A stretch of DNA of 64,000 bases from Pseudomonadota bacterium (GCA_040387515.1 JAZKDP010000016.1:35735-99734); one strand, 5' to 3'. Shown: positions 30,501 through 39,995, counted from the first letter of the stretch. Made by a program: numbers and translations. Notes: a model not told the origin generated them from the sequence alone.

Positions 30501-31434
30501 AATTGCACGACTCAAACGCTTAAGTATTCCTAATACAACCAGTATTACATCGCCAACTATCACTAAAAAAGAATATATAAAACAAGCAAAGACTTATCCT
30601 GCGCTAGATATAGTGGCTGATAATTTTGAGCTGGGCACTAAAAAACTGGGCGCTTTAGCGCTAAATGCATTTGAGAATGGCGAAGACTGGGTGATTCAAA
30701 AACTGAACATCACCAATGCGGATAGCACACTTAGCATACAAGGTAATTGGCATAATTGGTCACGCAACCCCAATACCAGCTTGATTGTGTCGCTGAACAC
30801 CAATAACATTGGTAAAACATTCAACCGTTTTGGCCAGCCCGATACGGTTAAAGGCGGCGAAGCCAAAATTGATGGACGACTTAACTGGGCGGGTAGCCCG
30901 CATGAGTTTGACATCAGGCGTTTAGACGGCGACTTAACCTTTGAAGCGACCAAAGGCCAGGTGTTAAAAGTACAGCCAGGTGTTGGGCGACTATTCGGTT
31001 TAGTGACTTTGCAAAGCTTGCCACGCCGTTTGAGTTTAGATTTTAGAGACTTATTTAGTGATGGCTTTGCATTTGATAAAATTAGTGCAACGGCCAAAAT
31101 TAGTAATGGCATTGTGCGCAGCGATGATTTCTTTATGACTGGCCCTGCCGCAGAGGCGAGCATTAAAGGCGAAACAAATCTAAAAACTGAAACACAACAT
31201 TTAAAAGTAAAAGTCACCCCGCACATTAGCGATAGTTTATCGCTTGCTGCACTTGTGGGCGGCCCTATCGTTGGCGCAGCCGCTTTTGTCGCGCAAAAAA
31301 TATTAAAGGACCCTTTTAATAAAATCGCTTCTAGTGAATATGTCATCGAAGGTACGTGGGATAATCCGATAGAAGTAAACGCAGAAAAAGATGACACTCA
31401 AAATCCCAGTAACCAGTCTCCATTAATTCCTTAA
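27550..31434 (+). CDS. yhdP: YhdP-family (AsmA-like) inner-membrane-anchored envelope protein
   Basis: 1294 aa with a single N-terminal TM anchor and a DUF3971/AsmA-like C-terminus. The order yhdP-(CN hydrolase)-tldD is conserved synteny. Confidence 0.75.
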   Translation: MITIKKIARWVLYVFALLLGLIVVAALVIRFMIFPNIGQYKDDIANFAAKTIGQKVSIGEIVTGWDDISPHVALINVDVFDAENRVALHLNNVEASLSWLSVPLLQPRLTELQIHNPALTIRRNADGSIYLAGINLAGESKPDFANWLLKQRSVEVKNAQIIWQDDLRQAPALSLKEFNLTLTKPLLNSLLRQHTFEISTLLSTGTQQKITASGHFIGNDVAELNTWYGDVVAELTQTELAAFKPWLDYPVNIQSGLGNANITLAFANAQIQNVKTNVGISNLAVVTKNETTPLIATKFSGDLLWSKLKNTQTFNAKNIQLNTNTGLSIRNGSATYISSIKNNQPWIKADVRLDQFNLAMLKQVSSHISLPQNIVMQLNGFSPVGALQAVHLSWEGSAKKPEHYLVNTQFKQLGIQAFQKIPGFSNLTGTIQADEDGGKLTLASQNATLDFKDILRWPIPASQLKGEVDWKVRQNKIHIAAKEIFISSPHITGTVNASYDMNGIKGGYLDLTGKFGKGDAKYAPFYYPTILGESTIHWLDTSILAGRAEDVLLRVKGNLADFPFVDKQNKPDTQLGIFKVTAKVSDALLEYGTGWPVIDQLNLDLLFEGNRMLLEANSGRISGKKIIKSRAEIAQLDADWPILHIVSEAEGLVSDGIKFVNESPVKQVTLGFTDNLKTAGRGNLQLTLDIPLEDSEQAKYKGLYKVSNGTIFTNTELGIPELTKLNGNLIFNENGLSANNITTEVLGGPAQFSLNTGADKVIKVIASGKVNDAGIKKLSTIALTNHITGNANWAGEIAIHNSLVDLNFRSNLVGLNIDLPPPFNKLATQEMPISIDKKQTVIDSDAININYGQLVSAKILRSLKSQQLAFNRGDIGINTAAVNPSQQGLSIHGKLDELDVDEWLTLLSEKSSTQTSINNSASNNTDLNIITKADLTVQKLTIFDRSINALKLTAQPNATGLKMGIDSTEMSGDVEWQGEDSGKIIARLKRLSIPNTTSITSPTITKKEYIKQAKTYPALDIVADNFELGTKKLGALALNAFENGEDWVIQKLNITNADSTLSIQGNWHNWSRNPNTSLIVSLNTNNIGKTFNRFGQPDTVKGGEAKIDGRLNWAGSPHEFDIRRLDGDLTFEATKGQVLKVQPGVGRLFGLVTLQSLPRRLSLDFRDLFSDGFAFDKISATAKISNGIVRSDDFFMTGPAAEASIKGETNLKTETQHLKVKVTPHISDSLSLAALVGGPIVGAAAFVAQKILKDPFNKIASSEYVIEGTWDNPIEVNAEKDDTQNPSNQSPLIP

Positions 31435-31452
31435 CGAACTGTTGAATACGAT

Positions 31453-32313
31453 ATGATCAGCCAAACTAAAAAAGCATCCCAACAATCAAACAATACCGCG
31501 ACTAACAGTGTAAAAGTAGCGGGTATTCAAATGGCATCAAGCCCGCAGGTAAACTCCAACTTAATTGAAGCTGAACGTTTAATTGCGCTGGCGGTAACAC
31601 AAGGCGCGAAGATTGTCGTATTGCCAGAATACTTTTGTATTATGGGCATTAAAGAAACAGACAAAGTCTCTGTGTGTGAAAAAGCGGGTGACGGGCCAAT
31701 ACAAAAATTTCTAGCCAAAATGGCACGTAAACACAAAATCTGGCTCATTGGCGGTACGGTTCCTTTAACCAGCAATTTCCCCAATAAAGTGCGCAATAGC
31801 TGTTTAGTGTTTAACGACAAGGGCGAGCAAGTTGCGCGCTACGACAAAATTCATTTATTTGGATTAGATTTAGGCACAGAGCATTATCACGAAGAAAACA
31901 CGATTGAATCGGGTGATAGCGTCGTGGTCGTAGATACCCCTTACGGCAAAATTGGCTTGTCTGTTTGCTACGATTTACGCTTCCCTGAGTTGTATCGCGC
32001 CATGGGTGAAGTGGATATGATTGTGATTCCATCTGCCTTTACCGAAACCACTGGCAAAGCGCATTGGGAAAGCTTGATCCGTGCACGCGCGATTGAAAAC
32101 TTATGTTATGTCATCGCGCCAGCGCAAGGCGGCTACCATGTCTCAGGCCGCGAAACACACGGTAACAGCATGATTGTAGACCCATGGGGCGTGATTTTAG
32201 ACAGATTGCCACGCGGCTCCGGAGTCGTCATTGCTAATGTTAATCGTGATTACCAAACCAGCTTGCGTCAGAGTTTGCCAGCTCTTAAACACAAAACAAT
32301 TAAAGCAGTTTAA
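31453..32313 (+). CDS. Carbon-nitrogen hydrolase family protein (nitrilase superfamily)
   Basis: Catalytic triad context: LPEYF (Glu), the Lys region, and GLSVCYDLRFPE (Cys). Confidence 0.75.
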   Translation: MISQTKKASQQSNNTATNSVKVAGIQMASSPQVNSNLIEAERLIALAVTQGAKIVVLPEYFCIMGIKETDKVSVCEKAGDGPIQKFLAKMARKHKIWLIGGTVPLTSNFPNKVRNSCLVFNDKGEQVARYDKIHLFGLDLGTEHYHEENTIESGDSVVVVDTPYGKIGLSVCYDLRFPELYRAMGEVDMIVIPSAFTETTGKAHWESLIRARAIENLCYVIAPAQGGYHVSGRETHGNSMIVDPWGVILDRLPRGSGVVIANVNRDYQTSLRQSLPALKHKTIKAV

Positions 32314-32413
32314 CCAGTTGTCAATTTTAAGCACTCATTAATCAAGAATATATTTAGCACGATTATTGCTGTGCGAGTATAGTAAATTCAACTTACGTCA
32401 CCATATTAAGATT

Positions 32414-33880
32414 ATGAAAATAGAACAGCCAAATTTGACCAAAGCCAGCCACTTTGATACCGCACAGGATGTGCTATTAAAACCGACAGGGCTTGATACA
32501 AGCGCTTTACAAGGCGTGCTTGGCAATATTATGTCGCATCAGGTGGATTACGCGGATTTGTATTTTCAATATAGCCGCAGTGAATCTTGGGGCTTAGAAG
32601 AAGGCCAAGTTAAATCGGGCAATTTTAGTATCGATCAAGGCGTCGGTGTACGCGCAGTCAGTGGTGAGAAAACGGCTTTTGCCTATTCTGATGACATTAA
32701 CTTAGCCGCGTTGCAGCAAGCCGCCAATGCGACCAAATCGATTGCTGCTTTGGGTTTAGAGCAAACGGGCAAGAGTATTGTAACCAATCAAAACAAGCAA
32801 CTTTATTTACCACAAGATCCAATTGCTAGTTTATCAGCAGATGCAAAAGTAAAATTGCTGGAACGTTTGGAACAGTTTGCTAAAAAAATTGACCCGCGAG
32901 TCACTCAAGTGATGGCCAGCATTGCAGGTGAATATGAAGTCATTATGGTAGCGCGTAGCGATGGTGTAATGGCGGCCGACGTACGCCCATTAGTACGTAT
33001 TTCGGTGCAAGTTCACGTAGAGCAAAATGGTCGCCGCGAACAAGGCTCCAGTGGCGGTGGTGGGCGTTTTGATTACAGCTATTTTACCGATGAAGTATTG
33101 CAAGATTACGCACAAAGAGCTGTACATCAAGGCTTGGTAAACTTAGATGCACGCCCTGCCCCAGCTGGCAGCATGACAGTTGTGCTTGGCGCAGGCTGGC
33201 CGGGCATTCTATTGCATGAGGCGATTGGACACGGCTTGGAAGGCGATTTCAACCGTAAAGGCAGCAGCGCTTTTGCCAATATGATGGGCAAACAAGTCGC
33301 CGCTAAAGGTATCACCATTGTAGATGACGGTACATTAACCGACAGACGTGGTTCATTAACGATGGATGATGAAGGCAATCAAACCAATAAAACCGTATTA
33401 ATTGAAGACGGGATTTTGCGTGGTTATATTCAAGATAGCTTAAACGCACGATTAATGAATATGCCGTTAACGGGCAATGGGCGCCGCGAAAGCTACGCGC
33501 ATATCCCCATGCCGCGCATGACCAATACTTATATGCACAATGGCGATAAATATCCTGCAGAAATTATCAAGTCTGTTAAAAAAGGTTTGTATGCAGCCAA
33601 CTTTGGTGGTGGACAAGTCGACATCACCAGCGGGAAATTTGTATTCAGCGCAGCCGAGGCTTATATGATTGAAGATGGCAAAATCACCTACCCCGTTAAA
33701 GGTGCAACCTTAATCGGCAATGGCCCGGATGTTTTAACGCGGGTTTCAATGATTGGCAACGATATGACTCTTGATTCTGGTGTCGGCACCTGCGGCAAAG
33801 AAGGCCAAAGTGTGCCCGTTGGTGTGGGTCAGCCCACACTTAAGATTGATGGATTAACAGTGGGCGGAACAGCTTCTTAA
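32414..33880 (+). CDS. tldD: Metalloprotease TldD
   Basis: HEAIGHGLEGDF zinc motif. It is collinear with E. coli TldD throughout (GVGVRA.SGEKT.FAY…GNGRRESYAH.PMPRMTNTYM…GQPTLK.D.LTVGGTA). Confidence 0.9.
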   Translation: MKIEQPNLTKASHFDTAQDVLLKPTGLDTSALQGVLGNIMSHQVDYADLYFQYSRSESWGLEEGQVKSGNFSIDQGVGVRAVSGEKTAFAYSDDINLAALQQAANATKSIAALGLEQTGKSIVTNQNKQLYLPQDPIASLSADAKVKLLERLEQFAKKIDPRVTQVMASIAGEYEVIMVARSDGVMAADVRPLVRISVQVHVEQNGRREQGSSGGGGRFDYSYFTDEVLQDYAQRAVHQGLVNLDARPAPAGSMTVVLGAGWPGILLHEAIGHGLEGDFNRKGSSAFANMMGKQVAAKGITIVDDGTLTDRRGSLTMDDEGNQTNKTVLIEDGILRGYIQDSLNARLMNMPLTGNGRRESYAHIPMPRMTNTYMHNGDKYPAEIIKSVKKGLYAANFGGGQVDITSGKFVFSAAEAYMIEDGKITYPVKGATLIGNGPDVLTRVSMIGNDMTLDSGVGTCGKEGQSVPVGVGQPTLKIDGLTVGGTAS

Positions 33881-33975
33881 GTATATTCAATCACTAGTCC
33901 GTTTGGACTATCGTCTTTTAGCTAAATAAATCTTATGCTTTGGTCAACTATAGTATTGATATATTTGGAGAAAAA

Positions 33976-34575
33976 ATGAAGTTTTTAATTATTGGTCTAT
34001 TGGCAGTTTTTACCAACCATAGCTTCGCAGACAATACCGTTTTAGATTTCAACTCATTGGTACATTTTGATGATGAATATGCATATCACGATATGCTTTA
34101 CTCTGAAAATGGCTACACATTAGATGCTAATAACACACTTGGCTTTGCAAGTTGGGGTACATTAAATAGTAATTATGCTGATAGTCCAAGCCTAATTAAT
34201 GATGCTGGAATAGGATTAACAACCCTTAGAAAAAATGATAACAGCTTATTTAATCTACATAGTATTGATCTAGCTGGATTGTTAATTTTTTTCACAAATG
34301 TACAAGTAACATTTACTGGCACCAAAGCTGATCACAGTTTAATCACCCAAACATTTACAGGGCCTGTAGCCTTAACTACTTACACTTTCACTGATTTTAA
34401 CAATCTAAGCAAAGTGGAGTGGCTACAAGATAACATTTCTTTAAAATTACATCAGTTTGATAATATTAATTTAAGTACTGCTAATGTAACTCTTGTGCCA
34501 GAACCTGAGATGGCTTGGCTATTTGGTAGCGCTTTAATTGGGTTTGCAGGTTTAAGGCGTCAAAAATTAATTTAG
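33976..34575 (+). CDS. PEP-CTERM-anchored secreted protein
   Basis: Signal peptide MKFLIIGLLAVFTNHSFA. The C-terminal sorting signal is VPEPEMAWLFGSALIGFAGLRRQK. Confidence 0.65.
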   Translation: MKFLIIGLLAVFTNHSFADNTVLDFNSLVHFDDEYAYHDMLYSENGYTLDANNTLGFASWGTLNSNYADSPSLINDAGIGLTTLRKNDNSLFNLHSIDLAGLLIFFTNVQVTFTGTKADHSLITQTFTGPVALTTYTFTDFNNLSKVEWLQDNISLKLHQFDNINLSTANVTLVPEPEMAWLFGSALIGFAGLRRQKLI

Positions 34576-34592
34576 TTTTGCACTATTTAAAG

Positions 34593-34624
34593 TAAAAAAG
34601 GGCGCAATCTGCGCCCTTTTTTAC
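34593..34624. terminator. Bidirectional rho-independent terminator
   Basis: AAAAAAGGGCGCAatctGCGCCCTTTTTT, between convergent genes. Confidence 0.75.
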
Positions 34625-34634
34625 TTATTCAAAT

Positions 34635-35195
34635 TTATTTCAATACACGGTTACGATATTCGCCAGTTCTGGTATCAATCTCGATTTTGTCACCTTGTGC
34701 AACAAACAACGGCACAGGAATTTCAAAACCTGTCGCCAGCTTAGCTGGTTTCATTACCTTGCCTGATGTATCGCCTTTTACTGCTGGCTCTGTATAAGTC
34801 ACTTCGCGTACAACAGTTGTTGGCAACTCAACTGAGATTGCTTTACCTTCATAAAAACGAATGTCCACTGGCATGCCATCTTCCATATACGGTAATGCAT
34901 CTTCCATAAACTCTGCATCCACGTCATATTGGTTGTAATCTGCATCCATAAACACATAGGTTGGATCTGCAAAATAGGAATAGGTCGCTTCTTTTTTCTC
35001 AAGCACAATAATTTCAAACTTGTCGCCTGCGCCGTAAATAGTCTCAGATGGCGCTTCTGTCAGCAAGTTTTTAAATTTCATTTTTACTACGGCTGTGCTG
35101 CGGCCGGATTTATTATATTCGGCCTTCACCACCACTAACGGTACGCCATCGACCATAATCACGTTACCTGGGCGGAGTTCTTGAGCTGTTTTCAT
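34635..35195 (-). CDS. efp: Elongation factor P (Arg32-type, EarP substrate class)
   Basis: EF-P fold. The beta-hairpin loop reads …NKSGRSTA… with Arg at position 32. Confidence 0.9.
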   Translation of the reverse strand: MKTAQELRPGNVIMVDGVPLVVVKAEYNKSGRSTAVVKMKFKNLLTEAPSETIYGAGDKFEIIVLEKKEATYSYFADPTYVFMDADYNQYDVDAEFMEDALPYMEDGMPVDIRFYEGKAISVELPTTVVREVTYTEPAVKGDTSGKVMKPAKLATGFEIPVPLFVAQGDKIEIDTRTGEYRNRVLK

Positions 35196-35285
35196 CGGGT
35201 TGCCTTACTGTTTAATTGGATTGGAATCAAGCCGCGCATTATACCTAAACTATTATTTTTTAACTAGTTTCACTGATTTAGCAGC

Positions 35286-36455
35286 TCATTGAATCCTATT
35301 GCAAAAAATCACCAACTTAGCAGCAAGATCTGTTTGCTTAGCCAACTGGAGAGATTGCTGCGAAGTATAGCCAGCAATATTGGGTAATTGGTTTAAATAA
35401 TCTTGCCAAACTGCTGCTGATAAATGCTCAGACGCCCAAGCGGTGTGCATCTGTATAACTTGGGCTTTCACATCAAAATTTGCATAAAACAATGCCAGAA
35501 ATGCTTCTAGCTTTTTAATATGGGCACTTTCATCTTGAAAATAGGGTTGCCAAATAAATGGCTTACCCGCCCAAATTGCCCGCAGCCAACTATCTTCTCC
35601 TCGTACAAAGTTAATATCACACGCCGTTAATAATTGGTCGTAATCTACTTGGTTTAAAAATGGTAGAACATGTAAATTAAGATTTTTAAGCTGTACATTT
35701 TCACCCACTTTCAGTGATTTAATAGCAAAAAAATCAGCAACTTTTGACAAAATACTGCTCTCAGGTACATAGCAATCAATAGGCTGATTCGATTCGGCCA
35801 TTGCAGTCAATAAATCGTTAATCGGCGCGTGCGGATACGTAAACAGCGACACTTTTAAATGAGGACTATTGGTTAGGTTTAAACTTTGCCAAAACGCATC
35901 TTGACTATCAGAACTACTCGCAAGAATTTGATTTTTATTAACAATATAAACTTCCCTAATCAAACTGCCAGTAGACTCTGTAAATCCAGGAAAATAAAAA
36001 TGTCGTGTCAACCCATTGGCTTGCGGCGATGGCTGCGCATGAAAATCTGCCACCCAAGGTTCGGCAGATAAATACTCTAAATTTATCCACGTTATTTGTT
36101 GGTTATACTTGGATTTTTTTTGCGCCATCGCGCTTAAATAAACAATAGGCAATTCACAAGCAAACGCCTCAATCACCACATCTGCTACATTTGTAAAATC
36201 AGCTTCTGACATTTCGTCAGCGTTAGGCAATTTAAAAATAACTATTTCATCAATGACTTGCTGCTTCAAACCCACATTTAAATGCGGGATTATTTTTTTA
36301 GCAGTAGCTAAATCATCTATCCAAAGGCGAACAATCAAACCATGCTCATGACGCAATTGTTTTGCCAAACGCCAACAGATGCCAATATCTCCAAAGTTAT
36401 CGACAATCTTACAAAAAATATCCCAATGTAATTTGGGTGTTGATAGGCTCGTCAT
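35286..36455 (-). CDS. earP: EF-P arginine-32 rhamnosyltransferase EarP
   Basis: The N-terminus WDIFCKIVDNFGDIGICWRLAKQL is the EarP hallmark. About 389 aa, located immediately upstream of efp. Confidence 0.8.
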   Translation of the reverse strand: MTSLSTPKLHWDIFCKIVDNFGDIGICWRLAKQLRHEHGLIVRLWIDDLATAKKIIPHLNVGLKQQVIDEIVIFKLPNADEMSEADFTNVADVVIEAFACELPIVYLSAMAQKKSKYNQQITWINLEYLSAEPWVADFHAQPSPQANGLTRHFYFPGFTESTGSLIREVYIVNKNQILASSSDSQDAFWQSLNLTNSPHLKVSLFTYPHAPINDLLTAMAESNQPIDCYVPESSILSKVADFFAIKSLKVGENVQLKNLNLHVLPFLNQVDYDQLLTACDINFVRGEDSWLRAIWAGKPFIWQPYFQDESAHIKKLEAFLALFYANFDVKAQVIQMHTAWASEHLSAAVWQDYLNQLPNIAGYTSQQSLQLAKQTDLAAKLVIFCNRIQ

Positions 36456-36805
36456 TAAAATAAGTGAATTCCAAACTGCTTAATGAGATGCACATAACCG
36501 TAAAAGATGGCCAAAGTAAAGACTATGCAAGCAACTAATGTTGGCCAAAAACCGAGCTTAGGCAGTAGATAAGCAAACAACAAAAACATAGGCAATGTTG
36601 GCAACACATACCAAAATGTGTAATACGCGTGATTGGCAATTTTAATGGTTGGTTGATGTTCAACATACAACCAAATCAACGTTAAGATAGTCACTAAAGG
36701 CAGCGCAGCAACGAAGGCGCCTAGTTTATCGCTGACTTTCGCAAACTCCGAAACTAACACGACCACCGCTGCAGTGATTAAGTATTTAACAACAAGGTAT
36801 GTCAT
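36455..36805 (-). CDS. Small membrane protein (DUF3147-like), translationally coupled to earP
   Basis: 116 aa with 4 TM helices. Its stop overlaps the earP start (ATGA). Confidence 0.45.
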   Translation of the reverse strand: MTYLVVKYLITAAVVVLVSEFAKVSDKLGAFVAALPLVTILTLIWLYVEHQPTIKIANHAYYTFWYVLPTLPMFLLFAYLLPKLGFWPTLVACIVFTLAIFYGYVHLIKQFGIHLF

Positions 36806-36906
36806 GATGGATTTTGCTCACTATAAAGATCAATCATAAAAATCGGCTTAATCGCAACAGTATATGATTACTGCACGACTAAGCCGCTAATAATACTCAA
36901 TAATGC

Positions 36907-37314
36907 TTAAATAATCAGTGGCGCAATAAAGGCAAAAAACACCCCTATCGCAAAAATTACCACTGATAACCAGTAAACACATAATGCATTACGTCGTGTT
37001 TTTGCACAAATTTCCGCCAACTGCTGGTCTGCTGGACAAGGCGCATTGCGCGCCTGCCACTGTAAGTAACCTGCAATCGCCAGCATCGTCCCAGCCAAAC
37101 CAAATATCAACGATTTATGCTCACTTATCCATATTAATTGTGGAAAATAAGAGATTAAACTAGTCAACGTTGCCGCGGAACCAATAGCCACCAAAGTAGC
37201 TGGTAGCGCACAACAAATCAGTGTTGATCCACTGGTAAAAAGCGATAGAAAATTGGCTTTTTGTGCCGCTTTAACTGCACTTAAATCACCATCCAAAGCG
37301 GTATTATCTACCAT
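36907..37314 (-). CDS. MerT-like inner-membrane metal transporter
   Basis: A vicinal Cys pair in the first TM (LICCALPATLVAIG; compare MerT GxxCCxxPLVL) and a second Cys cluster in the loop (APCPADQQLAEIC). About 135 aa with 3 TM. Confidence 0.55.
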   Translation of the reverse strand: MVDNTALDGDLSAVKAAQKANFLSLFTSGSTLICCALPATLVAIGSAATLTSLISYFPQLIWISEHKSLIFGLAGTMLAIAGYLQWQARNAPCPADQQLAEICAKTRRNALCVYWLSVVIFAIGVFFAFIAPLII

Positions 37315-37656
37315 TTATTTGGCCTCCTGCTTTGCTTCAAGCTCGGCTTTAATGTGTGCCACTGGATGGTCTGAGATTTCGATAGCAGTCACGTCATATC
37401 CAGCATCTTTAATAATGGCTTTAACTTTGTCGTTAGAAAGCGTTTGGCCATCTTTCAGCTCAACCGCCACAATGCGCTGTTTTAAGTTAACGTAAACATC
37501 TTGCGTTTGAGTGAGTGAGCGCATTTTTTTCTCAATACCTTGCGCGCAAAATGCGCACACCATGCCGTTAACATTGGCTTTGATGGTTTGCGTGGCAAAG
37601 GCTAAAGGACTGAATAATGCAGATATTACAACCGTTGTTAATAATAGTTTTTTCAT
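37315..37656 (-). CDS. Periplasmic heavy-metal-associated (HMA) protein, MerP-like
   Basis: Signal peptide plus GMVCAFC (the GMxCxxC metal-binding motif) in a ferredoxin-like HMA fold. Confidence 0.65.
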   Translation of the reverse strand: MKKLLLTTVVISALFSPLAFATQTIKANVNGMVCAFCAQGIEKKMRSLTQTQDVYVNLKQRIVAVELKDGQTLSNDKVKAIIKDAGYDVTAIEISDHPVAHIKAELEAKQEAK

Positions 37657-37682
37657 GATGATTCCTTAAATTAATCTTAAAA

Positions 37683-38351
37683 TTAAAATATATACATAAA
37701 GTTAAAGCGTGGTTCGCGTGAGTTACTCACACCCGCCTCAACAAAAAAGCTTTTGTTGATTAATCGCACCATTGGCGTGACCTCAATTTTTTCTGACAGA
37801 CCATTCATATTGCGTGCTTCTAAAATCAGCCAAGGCTGGGTTTTGTCATAATCAGTTTCATAAAATGAAAACCCTGCACGTAGCGATGTAAAGTCATGAT
37901 TAATATCAGAAGCACGATAAAGTCGATGAGATGCTTGAAAGTAAATACGGGTCGTCTCGTAATCAAACTGAACGCCAGGCGTTATCATGACTTTGTCAAA
38001 GCCACGGTTTTCACCTATCAGTTTATCTTCACCTTGCAATGCACCTACTCCGCCTTGAAACCATAAATTGGCTTGCGCATGTGGTGCGTTCCAGCGTTTG
38101 ACTAAGCGTGTGTAGGTTACTTCTTCCAGAGTACGTGATTTGCTTTTATCATCTGCACGCATATAAGTCGCACTCACTCCAAATGCATCACGCGGAGTAA
38201 CGGCATAGTTGATAAATGACTCACGCCAATTATTATTAAAATCGCCCATGGCCATAAAAGATTCGTTAAAGCCCATCGGCCCTGCGGTTGCAGGCTGGCT
38301 AAGCAGCATCGCCAGCAATGACAACACCGTTTTAAAGCGTGTGTAAAACAT
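37683..38351 (-). CDS. Small outer-membrane beta-barrel protein (unknown family)
   Basis: Signal peptide, alternating amphipathic strands, and a terminal aromatic residue (…FNFMYIF). Confidence 0.45.
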   Translation of the reverse strand: MFYTRFKTVLSLLAMLLSQPATAGPMGFNESFMAMGDFNNNWRESFINYAVTPRDAFGVSATYMRADDKSKSRTLEEVTYTRLVKRWNAPHAQANLWFQGGVGALQGEDKLIGENRGFDKVMITPGVQFDYETTRIYFQASHRLYRASDINHDFTSLRAGFSFYETDYDKTQPWLILEARNMNGLSEKIEVTPMVRLINKSFFVEAGVSNSREPRFNFMYIF

Positions 38352-38486
38352 GAATTTTCCTTTTATCTAAACCTTGATAACTCACTCAGTTATTCAGTGA
38401 ATAAGTCATCAAGCCAAATTAAATACGCCCTAAATTTTGGGCACGCTTATTTTGGGCTTACTAGTTTTTTAGAAAACTAGGGCCTG

Positions 38487-38879
38487 TTAGATTAAGGCGA
38501 TGGGAGGGCGTTGCAGATTAGGAAGTGTAATTGAAGCGTAGGATTGATTATTAAAATCAAATGCTTGGGTAAAATTTAAAGCAAAAGTCGACTGAGCCTG
38601 ACTAGGCATTGCCGTTAACGCACACATATTGGCACATACACTCGCACAACTGGATTTGTGTGGTAATTGCTGATGATTAACATGCTCAGAATCCTCAGAG
38701 ATGGCACTGTGCGTGTCTTGATGACAAGGCATCACATTTGATGTTAATTTTGCTGATTGTTTGATTATATTTGCTTGCATCATGCTATTGCATACCAGCA
38801 TATTGGCGGTCGCCAAAGCTTGCATCGGCATTAACACCAATAAAAGCCACGCAAAAAAATGTGAACAACGTTTTAACAT
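38487..38879 (-). CDS. Secreted Cys/His/Met-rich small protein, putative metal-binding
   Basis: Signal peptide. The mature region contains CNSMMQ, MPCHQDTHS, HVNHQQLPH and CASVCANMCA. Confidence 0.4.
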   Translation of the reverse strand: MLKRCSHFFAWLLLVLMPMQALATANMLVCNSMMQANIIKQSAKLTSNVMPCHQDTHSAISEDSEHVNHQQLPHKSSCASVCANMCALTAMPSQAQSTFALNFTQAFDFNNQSYASITLPNLQRPPIALI

Positions 38880-38910
38880 GAATCTAGGATAGCAGAGTCA
38901 TCAATTTAGT

Positions 38911-39426
38911 TCAAATGTCGGTGTTAGCTGAGTCTGCTGGCGTATAACGGATATCAATCACTTCAAATGCTTCATCACCTTTGGGCGTAATCACCCGCAC
39001 TGTGTCGCCCAAGCCTTTACCTAGCATGGCTTTTGCCAGCGGTGAGACCCAACTGATAAAACCTTGGTTTGGCTCTAACTCATCCTTGCCGACAATACGA
39101 TACACATGTTCGCTATCGTCGGCTAAATTAAATAATGTCACCCAAGCGCCAAAAAACACTTTTTCTAAATGTTGCTGCAAACTGCTATCGACAATTTCAG
39201 CTAAATCCATACGGCGCATTAAATGGCGGCAACGGCTATCAATTTGGCGTAGCCGTCTTTTTCCATAAATGTAATCACCATTCTCACTTCTATCGCCATT
39301 GCTGGCTGCCCAAGAAACGGTACGCACTACTTCTGGTCGCTCTACTTTGTACAGCGCGTGAAACTCTGCTTGCAAGGCGGCAAAACCTTGTGGTGTGATG
39401 TAATTTTTTTCGTCTGTGTTTGCCAA
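38911..39426 (-). CDS. greB: Transcription elongation factor GreB
   Basis: Gre N-terminal coiled coil plus FKBP-like C-terminus. The acidic finger residues are in WAASNGDRSENGDY. Confidence 0.8.
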   Translation of the reverse strand: MANTDEKNYITPQGFAALQAEFHALYKVERPEVVRTVSWAASNGDRSENGDYIYGKRRLRQIDSRCRHLMRRMDLAEIVDSSLQQHLEKVFFGAWVTLFNLADDSEHVYRIVGKDELEPNQGFISWVSPLAKAMLGKGLGDTVRVITPKGDEAFEVIDIRYTPADSANTDI

Positions 39427-39455
39427 ATCAATCTACTGTCATTTATTAGCTACTA

Positions 39456-39857
39456 TTAATTGAGAAACTGATTAAACGAATCGTTATCTAACAACTGAAC
39501 ATTTTTGACAAAATAAGGCGTTTCGCCAAAACAACTGCTTGGAATGCCTTTATGTTCTTCGTAAGTGATTCTGACGCGCTTACCTAAACTATTATTGATT
39601 TTTTCAACTAAACTTTTATCTTTAACGGTGAAGTTAAATTTCTCAGCCTGTGTACCAGGCATTGAAACCAGCACTAATTCGCCTTCATACGTCTTGCAAA
39701 CATAGCCTTTTTCTGAAAATTTCTGAACATAGCCTGCGCGTTCACCTGTTGAATAAACCCAACTAAGCGCCGCCCACGTGTAGAGCGCAAATAAAATAAT
39801 TGGAATAATCACAGCCAAAATAAGTATTTTGAATAATTGAGCCAGTTTACTTAACAT
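39456..39857 (-). CDS. Hypothetical N-terminally anchored protein
   Basis: A single N-terminal TM helix. The remainder has no recognisable motif. Confidence 0.35.
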   Translation of the reverse strand: MLSKLAQLFKILILAVIIPIILFALYTWAALSWVYSTGERAGYVQKFSEKGYVCKTYEGELVLVSMPGTQAEKFNFTVKDKSLVEKINNSLGKRVRITYEEHKGIPSSCFGETPYFVKNVQLLDNDSFNQFLN

Positions 39858-39995
39858 CGCTTACCTTTGGATTTTTCTCGAAATGAACGGTCGAATGAAC
39901 GATACAAATAATTGGTTCAGCAATTGGTCCAACGATTGCTAAAGCCCAACAAGTTTATGCCGCTATTTTACTGCAAGTTCGCCTACAATAACGAC

